DNA of 64,000 bases, from contig CAVYTU010000014.1 in NCBI GenBank assembly GCA_963771465.1, positions 608,001 through 672,000 on the forward strand, given 5' to 3'. Below, in pieces: positions 50,237-60,572 of the stretch (position 1 is its first letter; each line of letters begins with the position of its first letter). The position numbers and the translations under genes were made by a program. Source of the DNA: an uncultured delta proteobacterium. GTDB taxonomy: Bacteria > Desulfobacterota > Binatia > UBA9968. A model generated the notes under the pieces. It had not been told where the DNA came from, made no database searches, and saw only the letters and a list, made by a program, of their open reading frames with translations.

Positions 50237-53197
50237 ATGATTCGGCCTTTGATACGCCTAATTATAATCGCGTTGTTGGTGTGGCCGGCAATTCTACTCA
50301 GTGCCGAACAACGCGCCAGACTGGATTTGCTAGTGAATCAGCAACGGACCGGCGTCATCGACGTGGTTTTCCGCGGCGATGACGTGATGACTCGTATCAC
50401 CGACCTTACTGCGGCCGGTATCGAGTACCACGGCGGACGGGTTGAAACGATCAACGGTATCCCCCATGTTTCCCTCAAGTCGCTTGCACGTACTCTTGGC
50501 TTCGAAGTACGTGAAAGCCACCTAAGTCTTGCTCTTACTACTAAACCTCCAGTCCCGCTCTCAATCGCATCAAGTGCGCCCGCCGGAGCGAAAAGCAATG
50601 AAACCAGCGCCGCATCGTCACCTCGGCCGAAAACTGGCGAAACCGTTGACTTGCTGGCACGACTTGCGTTTCATCTCGATGACGCACGGAAAGGCGAGAT
50701 CACGGTGATCCGACGGGGTAATGATGTTCTGGCGCGACTGCTCGATGTTGAAGCGCTGGAAGCCGTGACTTCTCTGGGTCGCCAAGAAAAGATCCGCGGC
50801 GAAATTTACATCTCACTCAACTCACTGGCATCACAATTTGCCTATGTGCTCGATGAACGGGACCTTACTCTACGCATCATCTCCAAGCCAAAAGACACGG
50901 AGCCCGCGGTCGTTTTAGCGAACCCATGGCCGGCGCCACCGAGCGTACATGCAGAACCACTAGCCCAAACCGATGCGCTCAAATCCACTGATCAACGAGC
51001 GATCTTCGGAATCAAAGTTAACGGAATCAAGAAATCAGAGACTGATGTTGTGCTTCGCGACGATGATGTAGTTGTGCGGCTAAAAGACTTGCAAGAGATC
51101 GGCATGGTTTCGGTCAACGGTCGCCACGAGATCATTCGTGGCGACGACTATGTTTCGCTACGATCGCTGGTTCCTACGCTGTCGTACCGTATTGACGAAA
51201 ACGAGCTAACCCTTGACCTCACTGTCACGCCCGAGGGCTTCGGCGACTATGTTGTAGCCGGGCGGGGCAGCCGTCCTGAAAAACTCGAATATCGAGAAGA
51301 CACCACCGGCTTTCTTAACTACTCGGTCAGCGCGAGCAATTTCAAGTCTCTCGATACGTTTGTTGAAACCGGGCTAACGATCAAAAACGCGCTGTTATAT
51401 AGCGGGGTTTCGAGAAATACGGATGGCTCTATCGTTCGCGGGTTTTCCAATGTTACGATCAACAACCGCGAGAATACCAACCGGATTGTTGTCGGCGACC
51501 GGCTGGTAAACTCGGATTTTCTCGGTGGCAGCGTTACGCTGGGAGGTCTGAGCTATTTTCGCGACTTCGCTTTGGATCCCTATTTCTTACGTAATCCTGG
51601 GCTGAATTATTCCGGCGCCGTATCGACTCCTTCCACTTTGGATGTCTATTCCAACGGCCGATTGATACGCCGACTGCCGCTACCGCCTGGACAATTCGAA
51701 CTCAAAGACCTGACGGTGCCAACCGGCAGCAATAATACCCGCTTCGTGATTCGCGATGCCTTCGGTCGAGAACGAGAGTTGGCATCCCAGTTTTTTTATT
51801 TCACTTCGGGATTATTACGACCCGGCCTGCACGACTTCAGCTACAATCTCGGCTCGCTCCGCGAGGACATCGGCGTAAAAAACTGGGGCTACGGCCTGCC
51901 GGTGCTCCTGGCGCAACATCGCTATGGCTTCACGGAATTTTTAACTGGGGGGTTACGTTTAGAAGGTGGCAGAGGTTTGTTGAGTGGCGGGCCGAGTTTT
52001 TCGTTTCTGCTGCCGATCGGTGAGATGGAGTTCGCCAGCGCGGCCAGCACCGAACGGAGCACCGGCGGTGGCGCCGGGTTCTTGGGTTACAACTATGTGA
52101 ATGGCGACTATAGTTTTGGCACTTCGGTCAAAGTTCAAAGTGATCATTACGCCACCACAAGTCTGAGCTCGAAGAAACCCCGCTCCTGGTTGGAATCCGG
52201 TGCCTACATCGCTTTTCCCGTCACCGACCGGGTCGGTGTCAATTTCCGTTACGGCTTCGAGGATTCACGCGAGGATGGTGCGCAGCATAGGCTTCGTCTG
52301 CGCGGATCCGCATGGCTCAGCAAACTAATGAATTTCTATATCGACGGCAATCTCGATCTGCAAGGACGTAAACGATCGGCGGGTTTTAGCACCGGATTGA
52401 GCATCAGCCTCGGCGAGATAACCGGATCGATGAATTTTCAGAATGAAGACGGGCAATCGAGCGCCATTGTGGAAATGCGTAAAAGTCTGCCGATCGGTCC
52501 TGGATACGGCTATGGGCTTCAGGCGAGCACAAGGGGCGACCTGGACAGCATCGTTCAATATCAAACTTCCTTTGGTCGCTATGAAGCAAATTTCAGCCGC
52601 CTCGACGGTCACCAGCAATCCTACATGCGGGCGGCGGGCGGGCTGGCCTTCATCGACGGGAATTTTAGATTCACCCGACCCGTGCAAGATGGTTTCGCGT
52701 TGATCAAAGTTCCCGGACTCACCGGGATTCGAGGTTATCTCAACAACCTAGATGTCGGCACGACGGATTCGCAAGGACGTTTATTCGTGCCCAATCTACT
52801 TTCTTATTACGGCAACCGTCTGAGTATTTCCCGCGGCCAGCTGCCGATAAATTACAATGCCGATGTCACCGACAAGATCGTCGCCGCGCCCCATCGTGGC
52901 GGCGTGGTGGTTGAATTTCCCGTGGCGCGCATTCAGCGCCTCGTTGGCAAAGCGGTCATTGATCAGCGCGCGCATACGATCGTCCCCAAGCATGGCCAAT
53001 TGACCGTATCCGTTCAGGGTAAGACGGTCGAGTCGCCGCTTGGAAACAATGGGGAGTTTTACTTTGAAAATTTACCATCAGGCAGCCATCCGGCGAAAAT
53101 CGAATTTGCCGATGATCTATGCGAGCTCGCACTAGACGTGCCAAAGACTGCCGACGAGATCATTCAGTTGGGAACGGTGCGCTGCCAGATGCAGTGA
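50237..53197 (+). CDS. Fimbrial outer-membrane usher (CsuD-like) with triplicated N-terminal domain
   Basis: FLNY, GD.....LGGSVTLGG, PGQFEL.DL, RDAFGRE, LL.PGL.DFSY, G.TDSQG.LFVP.L.SY and a C-terminal Cys pair. Confidence 0.88.
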   Translation: MIRPLIRLIIIALLVWPAILLSAEQRARLDLLVNQQRTGVIDVVFRGDDVMTRITDLTAAGIEYHGGRVETINGIPHVSLKSLARTLGFEVRESHLSLALTTKPPVPLSIASSAPAGAKSNETSAASSPRPKTGETVDLLARLAFHLDDARKGEITVIRRGNDVLARLLDVEALEAVTSLGRQEKIRGEIYISLNSLASQFAYVLDERDLTLRIISKPKDTEPAVVLANPWPAPPSVHAEPLAQTDALKSTDQRAIFGIKVNGIKKSETDVVLRDDDVVVRLKDLQEIGMVSVNGRHEIIRGDDYVSLRSLVPTLSYRIDENELTLDLTVTPEGFGDYVVAGRGSRPEKLEYREDTTGFLNYSVSASNFKSLDTFVETGLTIKNALLYSGVSRNTDGSIVRGFSNVTINNRENTNRIVVGDRLVNSDFLGGSVTLGGLSYFRDFALDPYFLRNPGLNYSGAVSTPSTLDVYSNGRLIRRLPLPPGQFELKDLTVPTGSNNTRFVIRDAFGRERELASQFFYFTSGLLRPGLHDFSYNLGSLREDIGVKNWGYGLPVLLAQHRYGFTEFLTGGLRLEGGRGLLSGGPSFSFLLPIGEMEFASAASTERSTGGGAGFLGYNYVNGDYSFGTSVKVQSDHYATTSLSSKKPRSWLESGAYIAFPVTDRVGVNFRYGFEDSREDGAQHRLRLRGSAWLSKLMNFYIDGNLDLQGRKRSAGFSTGLSISLGEITGSMNFQNEDGQSSAIVEMRKSLPIGPGYGYGLQASTRGDLDSIVQYQTSFGRYEANFSRLDGHQQSYMRAAGGLAFIDGNFRFTRPVQDGFALIKVPGLTGIRGYLNNLDVGTTDSQGRLFVPNLLSYYGNRLSISRGQLPINYNADVTDKIVAAPHRGGVVVEFPVARIQRLVGKAVIDQRAHTIVPKHGQLTVSVQGKTVESPLGNNGEFYFENLPSGSHPAKIEFADDLCELALDVPKTADEIIQLGTVRCQMQ

Positions 53198-53207
53198 CCT
53201 TGAAGGT

Positions 53208-53678
53208 ATGGAATTACGAATTCTTTATCTGACCGCGTTCATCGCTCTGGCTTGTGGGATAACCAGCAGCGCGCACGCGGGTCAGGCCTCCGGTTGTAGC
53301 CTCGGTGGCGCTGCCATCGCCTTTGGTGTGTATGACCCGACTATTTTAGTGTCTACCGATACAGCGGGGACGCTTGTCTACCGATGTAGCCAGAATGATC
53401 ACAACATCATGATTACGCTAAGCGTCGGCAGCGGGACATCATACGCCACACGGCGCATGGTTAGTGGCAGCGAACAGCTCTTCTACAATCTCTACCGGGA
53501 TGCCGCCCGACAGGTGATTTGGGGCGACGGCACGGGTGGTACCCAGGCATACTTACTTAAAAATCCCCAGGGTAACAACCAAGATATCAGCGTGCCGATC
53601 TTCGGCCGCATCCCACCAAGCCAGAATGTTGGTGTCGGTAGTTACAGCGACACAATTACGGTGTCGCTCAATTTTTGA
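53208..53678 (+). CDS. Spore-coat-U/Csu-type fimbrial subunit
   Basis: CSL, FGVYDP, RRM..G...L.YNLYRD, WGDG, IFGRIP..Q and GSYSDTITV..NF motifs. Confidence 0.87.
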   Translation: MELRILYLTAFIALACGITSSAHAGQASGCSLGGAAIAFGVYDPTILVSTDTAGTLVYRCSQNDHNIMITLSVGSGTSYATRRMVSGSEQLFYNLYRDAARQVIWGDGTGGTQAYLLKNPQGNNQDISVPIFGRIPPSQNVGVGSYSDTITVSLNF

Positions 53679-53699
53679 ACCGGGGCGCGGCCAAGCGCG

Positions 53700-55295
53700 C
53701 TATTTCTTGTTCTCTTCTCCCGGCTGCTTGCCTGGCTCGAAGCCGCCAACTTCGTGATAGACGACCTCTTTTTTCTCCTCAAACGCTCTGACCTCTGGGA
53801 TCTGTCCGGGCAAGCCGAGTTTCTTCCACTCGCTGGCAACCTTGTCGTACATCTCTTTGCGCAGCGCGGTGCGTTTGGAAAAGACCGGCAGGTAACGATG
53901 CTCTTTGCAGGCGTTGATCAACGCTTTTGATCCATAGGGACGTTTCTCCGGCGGATTCTGCGTTGGATCAAGCCAGGTTGACCACGTGTTGCGCAATATG
54001 TCGACATCATCGATGGGGTTGCAACGGCTGCTCATCGCCCAGATGACTTGGTCCATGTCGGTTGGATCGACGTCTTCATCGACGGCAATGATCCATTTGG
54101 TGTAGTACGCGCCTCCGGGAACCTGCGCGGCTAACGCGAGCGCTTGTGCGGCGTGGCCCGCATAGCGCTGTTCCAGCGCGATCACGGTCATGCCGAAACC
54201 GCCGGCGCCGGCGGGATGCGCGTAGATGCCTTGGATTCCCGGCACGCCGAGTTTATCGAGATCGTCCCATATCCGCGCCGAGCGGATGATCGAGAAGAAG
54301 CCGCTCTGTTCATTGGATGGATAGTCAGCCATCAGTGCGTTGGTGAGAATCGGATTGTTGCGATAATGCACCGCGGTGATTTCCACCAACGGACAACCGG
54401 CTTCGGGCCGGCCGTAATAGCCAGGGAATTCGCCGAACGGTCCTTCGCTCCGCACCGAATTCGGCTTGATGATACCTTCGATCACAAACTCAGCATTTGC
54501 CGGTAGTAATAGATTGGTCGTCTTGCCTTTGACCACCGGAATCGGTTCACCTTTGATGCCGCCTAAGTATTCATACTCCGAGACATTCTTGGGAAAAGTC
54601 TGCGAGCCAAGGACCATGAACAACGGATCGATTCCCCAAGCCGCGGCGACTTCGACCGGCTTGCCCTGTTGCCATGAGCGTGTAATGTGCAAGCGCGCGT
54701 CTTTGCCTGGCGACAGGTAAAGGCCGCATTCATTTTTGCCTTGGAGCATCATGCGGTATGTGCCGACGTTGAGATAGCCGCTGTCCGGATCGCGGGTGAT
54801 TACGCAATCGGCGGTGCCGGCGTAACGGCCGCCGTCGAGGGGCCAGTGGCGCGGAATCGGCAATTGGGTCAAGTCGATTTGGTCGCCGGTGAGCGTGTTT
54901 TGAAAGAAACCGGCGTCGGCGGGTTTGACTTCCCGTGGCATCATGCGGTTTTTCAGTTTGTCCTTCACGCGGCGAATCAGTTCCACCGTCGGCGTGTCGT
55001 GCGGCTCTTCCAGAGTGAGCGCTATGCGCGGAATGCTCGGACCTAAAATATTCCACAGCGACTGCGCTTTGTACGGGCTATTTTCATAGCCTTTGATGTT
55101 GTCGAACAGGATCGCCGGCGACGGTTTTTGTTTGGCGACGAGGTAGCCGATGGCGCTCATCTCTTCTTCACAGCTGACCGATTCCTTGACGCGCACCAAA
55201 TCACCCAATGCTTCGACTCGGCTCAACCATTCGCGCAGGTCTTGAATCGGTTTTTTGCTCGCGCTCTCGGTTATTTTTTCTTCTCGTTTGGCCAT
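53700..55295 (-). CDS. UbiD-family prFMN-dependent (de)carboxylase
   Basis: DLREWL, DGGRY, NVGTYR, EGPFGEFPGYY, VDEDVDP..V.WA and LDP motifs. Confidence 0.9.
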   Translation of the reverse strand: MAKREEKITESASKKPIQDLREWLSRVEALGDLVRVKESVSCEEEMSAIGYLVAKQKPSPAILFDNIKGYENSPYKAQSLWNILGPSIPRIALTLEEPHDTPTVELIRRVKDKLKNRMMPREVKPADAGFFQNTLTGDQIDLTQLPIPRHWPLDGGRYAGTADCVITRDPDSGYLNVGTYRMMLQGKNECGLYLSPGKDARLHITRSWQQGKPVEVAAAWGIDPLFMVLGSQTFPKNVSEYEYLGGIKGEPIPVVKGKTTNLLLPANAEFVIEGIIKPNSVRSEGPFGEFPGYYGRPEAGCPLVEITAVHYRNNPILTNALMADYPSNEQSGFFSIIRSARIWDDLDKLGVPGIQGIYAHPAGAGGFGMTVIALEQRYAGHAAQALALAAQVPGGAYYTKWIIAVDEDVDPTDMDQVIWAMSSRCNPIDDVDILRNTWSTWLDPTQNPPEKRPYGSKALINACKEHRYLPVFSKRTALRKEMYDKVASEWKKLGLPGQIPEVRAFEEKKEVVYHEVGGFEPGKQPGEENKK

Positions 55296-55342
55296 CGAAC
55301 TTTCCTCCAAATATTGATGTGCAGCTAGGTATTTCTAAACTT

Positions 55343-56089
55343 CTACAAGCGTCCGCCTCTGGGTAGCAAGGAGCGAAAATAGGCGAAGGCATCGTAGGAA
55401 CGAAACATCATGTTTTCTTTCATGTAGTCGATTTCTTTTTGCGGCATGACTGTCGGTTTGCCGACGCAACTGGCGACGAACTGCATGTAAGCCGTCCGCT
55501 CTAGATAAATCGCGTGGACGGTAGCATATTCCAAGCTATCGCCAACCACAACAATGCCGTGGCCCTTGAGCAACATCGCCATGCGGTCTTGGAGCGTGGC
55601 GCAAAGCTCTTTGCCGTCTTGCATTGTGTAGATCAGCCGCGGGCTCGGAAAAATCGGCGTCTCGGGTGCGAACACGGCGGCCTGATTATAAATCGGCAGG
55701 ATCGGCGTGCCGGCCACGGAAAACGCCGTGGCCAAAGTCTGGTGGGTATGCACCACGGAGTTCACTTCGGGCCGGGCATTATAGATCGCCGCGTGAATCA
55801 TGGTTTCACGGGGTGGATTCTTTATTTTGGTCACGGCTCGTTTGCTGCCGGCTTTGGCGTAGTTCTGTTCACAAACTTCGAAGTACTGGTCGATGTCGAC
55901 CTCGATGATATGTTTTGGCGCCACTTCACCCAGCGGCGCGAGCACCGGCTTGATGAAAAATCGGCGTGTTTCCGGGATGCGCGCGCTGACATGGCCGTGG
56001 TAGTCGGCCAAGCCTTGATGGAACATGATGCGGTTGCCGAGGGCGACTTTCTTTTTGATTTCTTCGAGATCCTTTTTGCTGAGTTTCAC
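55343..56089 (-). CDS. Class II aldolase/adducin family protein
   Basis: GHVSAR, E..IH..IY.ARP, VVHTH and LLKGHG motifs. Confidence 0.87.
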   Translation of the reverse strand: MKLSKKDLEEIKKKVALGNRIMFHQGLADYHGHVSARIPETRRFFIKPVLAPLGEVAPKHIIEVDIDQYFEVCEQNYAKAGSKRAVTKIKNPPRETMIHAAIYNARPEVNSVVHTHQTLATAFSVAGTPILPIYNQAAVFAPETPIFPSPRLIYTMQDGKELCATLQDRMAMLLKGHGIVVVGDSLEYATVHAIYLERTAYMQFVASCVGKPTVMPQKEIDYMKENMMFRSYDAFAYFRSLLPRGGRL

Positions 56090-56112
56090 CTGCCTCCCCT
56101 TTCGCTGTCCAT

Positions 56113-57060
56113 TTACACTGCTTGTCGGAGTTGTTTTTTTTCACCGGCCAATAGTTTGTGATTCTCCACCCAATGGTGAACATTCATCCAATTCCACTGG
56201 TCCGGATAAGCGCGCACCGTCTGTTCGAGCCACCGCGTCATGCGCACGGTGTTCTCTTGAACTTCCATATTTCCTTTGGCAGATCGGTCGAGTTCCAGTT
56301 CCGGTTCGACAATCAGTTTGAGACCGTCATCCGGTTGGCGAATCAAATAAACCGGAACGATCGCCGCACCGGTTCTGAGCGCCAAAGTCGCCGGCCCGCG
56401 CCGTGAAATCACCGTACCGCCAAAAAAGGGCACTTCGACACCGTTGCCATTACGAAACTCATCCGCGATTACGATCGCAAGTCGATTTTTTCGCAGTACC
56501 CCATTCAACTCGCGCAGTGCCTCGCGTCGCGGTCGCGCGTGGATCGTTTGCTGGCGTATCTTTAAACGATAGGCGTCCACCAGCTTGGCGACGCTGCGAT
56601 CGCGCGGTGGATTTACCAGCACCGAGGTCGCGTATCCCTCGACGGCTAGACGCGATCCGACCAGAAAAAAATTACCCAGATGCGCGCTCAGAACGAGAAC
56701 GCCATTGCCCTTTGCCAACGCGGCATCGAGATTCTCCCGACCGACGAGGATGACCCGCTCGCGGATTTCGTCGTCAGAAGACTCGATGGCGATCAATAAC
56801 TCGACGCAGCAACGAAAAAAATTACGTAACGAACGCTGTGCCAAGGCATCGATCGCAACGGCGCTTACCCGATCGCCCAGAGCGATTCGAAGATTGGCAA
56901 CCGACCGGTGACGAAAATTACGAAAACAACGATAGCCGATGGCCGCGAGCCGATCAGAGATCCAATAGAGTGTTCGCGGCGAAGTTTTGGCCACGCCGCA
57001 ACCAATCTTGAAACCAAACCACGTGCTCAGATGAGCGACTTTTCCGCTTAACTGGGACAT
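56113..57060 (-). CDS. LpxL/HtrB-like lysophospholipid/lipid A acyltransferase
   Basis: G.ENLDAAL..G.GV..LSAHLGN, V.FFG, GPA.LA.RTGA and E..VR.YPDQW.W motifs. Confidence 0.82.
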   Translation of the reverse strand: MSQLSGKVAHLSTWFGFKIGCGVAKTSPRTLYWISDRLAAIGYRCFRNFRHRSVANLRIALGDRVSAVAIDALAQRSLRNFFRCCVELLIAIESSDDEIRERVILVGRENLDAALAKGNGVLVLSAHLGNFFLVGSRLAVEGYATSVLVNPPRDRSVAKLVDAYRLKIRQQTIHARPRREALRELNGVLRKNRLAIVIADEFRNGNGVEVPFFGGTVISRRGPATLALRTGAAIVPVYLIRQPDDGLKLIVEPELELDRSAKGNMEVQENTVRMTRWLEQTVRAYPDQWNWMNVHHWVENHKLLAGEKKQLRQAV

Positions 57061-57295
57061 TTATTTAGCGATTGGACGTCGGGCCGCGCGTCACAAAGTA
57101 GGCCAATCTACGACACTTTTTTTATCGTCGCAAGAGCGCTTGAGAGCGCGTGCAGCGATGGCTTGGTAGTCACGAAACTCCCAAGAAAACAGCTATTTAG
57201 ATACATGGCTCGATTTCATTAGCGGGCTACGCCTGTTCCTATCAATGGTTTTGTGTGGTAGAAATCAAAAACCTTTGTGAACCCGGAAAATTGTT

Positions 57296-57673
57296 ATGCG
57301 GATGATCTTGCCCCCAACCAGAGAGCGTCGTGTCGTGGACCGTCTACTGTCCGCTTTCTTTCAGGACTACAAGGCGGTGGATTTTAAGAAAGCGATCGCC
57401 ACGCTATGCCGGTTTTACCATTTGAAGAATCCTAAAGTTGAATGGTTTGAGTATATCGACTGGGGTAAGACTGCCGGTAAGACCTACGAGAACGGCCAGA
57501 TTTATCTAGTCCACCCAGAGAATTGGAAAAAGGGAAGAAAATACAATACCGAGCGACGTTGGATTAGCATGGTTTATCACGAGATCGGCCACTACGTTTT
57601 TTGGGCGGACGCGGAGAACAAGGCAGACATGTTTGCCTCGCGCATGGTGCGCGGTCTAAATCATCACAAATGA
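57296..57673 (+). CDS. Small HEXXH zinc-metallopeptidase-like protein
   Basis: YHEIGHY followed by AENKADMFA; 125 aa. Confidence 0.6.
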   Translation: MRMILPPTRERRVVDRLLSAFFQDYKAVDFKKAIATLCRFYHLKNPKVEWFEYIDWGKTAGKTYENGQIYLVHPENWKKGRKYNTERRWISMVYHEIGHYVFWADAENKADMFASRMVRGLNHHK

Positions 57674-57737
57674 GGAATCGAGACAGGGATGGAGACCGGC
57701 TGTCGCTTCTCTATCACCCGTCTTTATCTATTCAGCT

Positions 57738-60572
57738 ATGGACTACAAAGACACGTTAAATTTGCCCAAAACCGATTTCCCCATGCGCGGCAATCTGCCG
57801 CAAAATGAACCGAAGCAGGTCGAAAAATGGGATAAAGACGGCACGTATTTTCAAATTCTCGGGGCCAATCAGGGCAAGCCACGTTTCATTCTCCACGACG
57901 GGCCGCCCTACGCCAATGGCAACATTCATATCGGCCACGCACTCAACAAGATCCTCAAAGACATCATCGTCAAGTATCACGCGATGACCGGCCACTCTGC
58001 GCCGTATGTGCCGGGCTGGGATTGCCATGGCCTGCCGATCGAGCTGCAGGTGGAAAAGAATCTCGGCAGAGCGAAGAAGCTGGCGCTGAGCAAGGTGGAA
58101 ATTCGACGGCTGTGCAAAGAATACGCGGAAAAATATATCGCTATCCAGCGCGAAGAGTTCAAACGGCTCGGCGTGCTCGGCGATTGGGACAAACCTTATC
58201 GCACGCTGGAGCCGCAGTATGAAGCGCAGGAAGTGCGTGAATTAGGAAAATTCGTCGCCTCCGGCACGCTCTACCGGCGCAAGAAACCGGTTTACTGGTG
58301 CGCGTCCTGCGTGACGGCGCTAGCGGAAGCAGAAGTCGAGTACGAAGATCATACGTCGACTTCCGTCTATGTAAAATTCGCCGTAAAGGATGCCAAAGGG
58401 TTGTTTGCGGTCGATCCGTTAAACGGAACGTCTTTTGTAATTTGGACAACGACCCCTTGGACTTTACCGGCCAACCAAGCGATCGCCGTACACCCAAAAT
58501 TCATGTATCGACAGGTTAAGACTTCCAAGGGTGAACTCATCATCAATCAGGAACTCATCCCCAATGTAATGAGTGCTATCGGTCTGGAGCCGAGTCAATA
58601 TGAAATTACTCCGGGCGCTTGGACCGGCACCGAGCTAGAAGGCGTGGTTTGCCAGCATCCTTGGCTCGAGCGCGAGTCGAAAATTGTCCTCGGCGATTAT
58701 GTGACCCAGGATCAAGGCACCGGCTGCGTTCACATTGCGCCAGGACATGGCCAGGAAGACTACGAAGTCGGTATGCGCTACGGCTTGCCGGTCATGGCGC
58801 CGGTGGATCCGGAAGGAAGGTTCACTGCGGAAGCCGGAGATCTGCAAGGCGAGTCGGTTTTCAAAGCCGACCCGCGCATCGTGCAAAAACTGATCGACCG
58901 TGGCGCGTTGCTCAAGGAAGATAAACTCACGCATAGCTATCCGCACTGCTGGCGCTGTAAAAAGCCGGTGATCTTTCGCGCCACCGAGCAGTGGTTTATC
59001 TCCATGGAGAAAAACGACCTGCGTAATCAAGCGCTCAAGGCGATCGATGAGGTGAAATGGATTCCGCCTTGGGGCCGCGACCGGATTCGCGGCATGCTCG
59101 AAGCGCGGCCGGACTGGTGTATCTCGCGCCAGCGCTCATGGGGCGTGCCGATCCCGGCGGTGTATTGCAAGCAATGCAATCACGCGGTTCTCACCCAGGA
59201 GATTTGCGATCACGTTGCCGGAATTTTCGCGCAAGAAGGTTCGGATGCTTGGTACATTCGGCCACTAAACGAACTTGTACCGCCGAATCTCGCTTGCCCC
59301 GACTGCGGCGGCCGTGATTTTACCCGCGAAGAAGACATTCTCGACGTCTGGTTTGACTCCGGCGTGAGCTATGCCTCGGTGGTTGAACAAGATCCGCGTC
59401 TCGGCGGGCGCGCCGATCTTTATCTCGAAGGCAGCGACCAGCACCGCGGCTGGTTTCATACCGCGCTGTTAACTTCGCTGGCGACGCGTGACCGGGCGCC
59501 CTATGAAAGCGTATTGACCCATGGCTTCACCCTCGACGGTAAAGGACGAAAAATGTCCAAGTCCTTGGGCAATACCATCGCGCCGCAAGATATCGCAAAA
59601 AAATCCGGCGCGGAAATATTGCGCTTATGGGTTTCGGCTGAGGACTACCGCGAAGATGTGCGCATCTCCGATGAAATTCTCAATCGTTTAGTCGAAGCTT
59701 ACCGGCGGGTGCGCAACACGGCGCGCTTTCTGATCAGCAATCTTTACGATTTCGACCCAACCGCGGATCGAGTTGCGCGAGAAGAACTCGATGAACTCGA
59801 CCGTTGGATTCTCGGGCGCACGGAAAATCTCCTGGCGCGCTGCCGCGAGGCTTACGACAATTACGAGTTCCATGTCGTCTATCACAGCCTGAATAACTTC
59901 TGCAGCGTCGATCTGAGCGCGCAATATTTGGACATCGTCAAAGATCGGCTCTACTGCGAGGGCGCCAAGTCAATCCAGCGGCGCGCCGCGCAGACGACCA
60001 TTTACCGGATTCTCGACGTCCTGGCTCACCTGACTGCGCCGATCTTGTCTTTCACCGCCGAGGAAATCTGGAATTACATGCCGGACAAAGCCAAGCGGCC
60101 AAAGAGCGTTTTTCTATCGCAGATTCCCGAACCGGATTTAACGATTGTCGACACTGCGCTCGCGGAGAAATGGGATCGCATCTTGCGCGAACGCAGCGAA
60201 GTGTTGAAAGCCTTGGAGCAGGCGCGCACGGCCGGGATCATCGGCCATTCGCTCGATGCTCAAGTTGTTTTCGAAAACCGTAACGGTGATCATGGTTCGA
60301 TCCTGCGCAAGTTGATTCACGCCGATCGCAACCGTCTGCAAGATTTGCTGATCGTGTCTCAAGCGAGCGAGACCGTTGAGGTTGGAGGCGGCACTGGCGA
60401 AGAATCGAGCTACGATGCGCCGCTGCTCAATTGCTCGGTTAAGGTGCGCAAAGCCGAAGGCGGCAAATGCGAGCGCTGTTGGAAGTATGATATTAAAGTC
60501 GGCACCGATAAGAATCATCCGACGGTTTGCGCGCGCTGCGCTGCGGTGCTCAACGGCGGAGCGGCGGTTTGA
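57738..60572 (+). CDS. ileS: Isoleucine--tRNA ligase
   Basis: [44 protein letters not shown] and a C-terminal zinc finger CERCW..CARC. Confidence 0.98.
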   Translation: MDYKDTLNLPKTDFPMRGNLPQNEPKQVEKWDKDGTYFQILGANQGKPRFILHDGPPYANGNIHIGHALNKILKDIIVKYHAMTGHSAPYVPGWDCHGLPIELQVEKNLGRAKKLALSKVEIRRLCKEYAEKYIAIQREEFKRLGVLGDWDKPYRTLEPQYEAQEVRELGKFVASGTLYRRKKPVYWCASCVTALAEAEVEYEDHTSTSVYVKFAVKDAKGLFAVDPLNGTSFVIWTTTPWTLPANQAIAVHPKFMYRQVKTSKGELIINQELIPNVMSAIGLEPSQYEITPGAWTGTELEGVVCQHPWLERESKIVLGDYVTQDQGTGCVHIAPGHGQEDYEVGMRYGLPVMAPVDPEGRFTAEAGDLQGESVFKADPRIVQKLIDRGALLKEDKLTHSYPHCWRCKKPVIFRATEQWFISMEKNDLRNQALKAIDEVKWIPPWGRDRIRGMLEARPDWCISRQRSWGVPIPAVYCKQCNHAVLTQEICDHVAGIFAQEGSDAWYIRPLNELVPPNLACPDCGGRDFTREEDILDVWFDSGVSYASVVEQDPRLGGRADLYLEGSDQHRGWFHTALLTSLATRDRAPYESVLTHGFTLDGKGRKMSKSLGNTIAPQDIAKKSGAEILRLWVSAEDYREDVRISDEILNRLVEAYRRVRNTARFLISNLYDFDPTADRVAREELDELDRWILGRTENLLARCREAYDNYEFHVVYHSLNNFCSVDLSAQYLDIVKDRLYCEGAKSIQRRAAQTTIYRILDVLAHLTAPILSFTAEEIWNYMPDKAKRPKSVFLSQIPEPDLTIVDTALAEKWDRILRERSEVLKALEQARTAGIIGHSLDAQVVFENRNGDHGSILRKLIHADRNRLQDLLIVSQASETVEVGGGTGEESSYDAPLLNCSVKVRKAEGGKCERCWKYDIKVGTDKNHPTVCARCAAVLNGGAAV

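Noticed and set aside
48535-53678. Pilus cluster as a mobile genomic island
   Set aside because: No integrase, transposase, tRNA or flanking direct repeats were seen.
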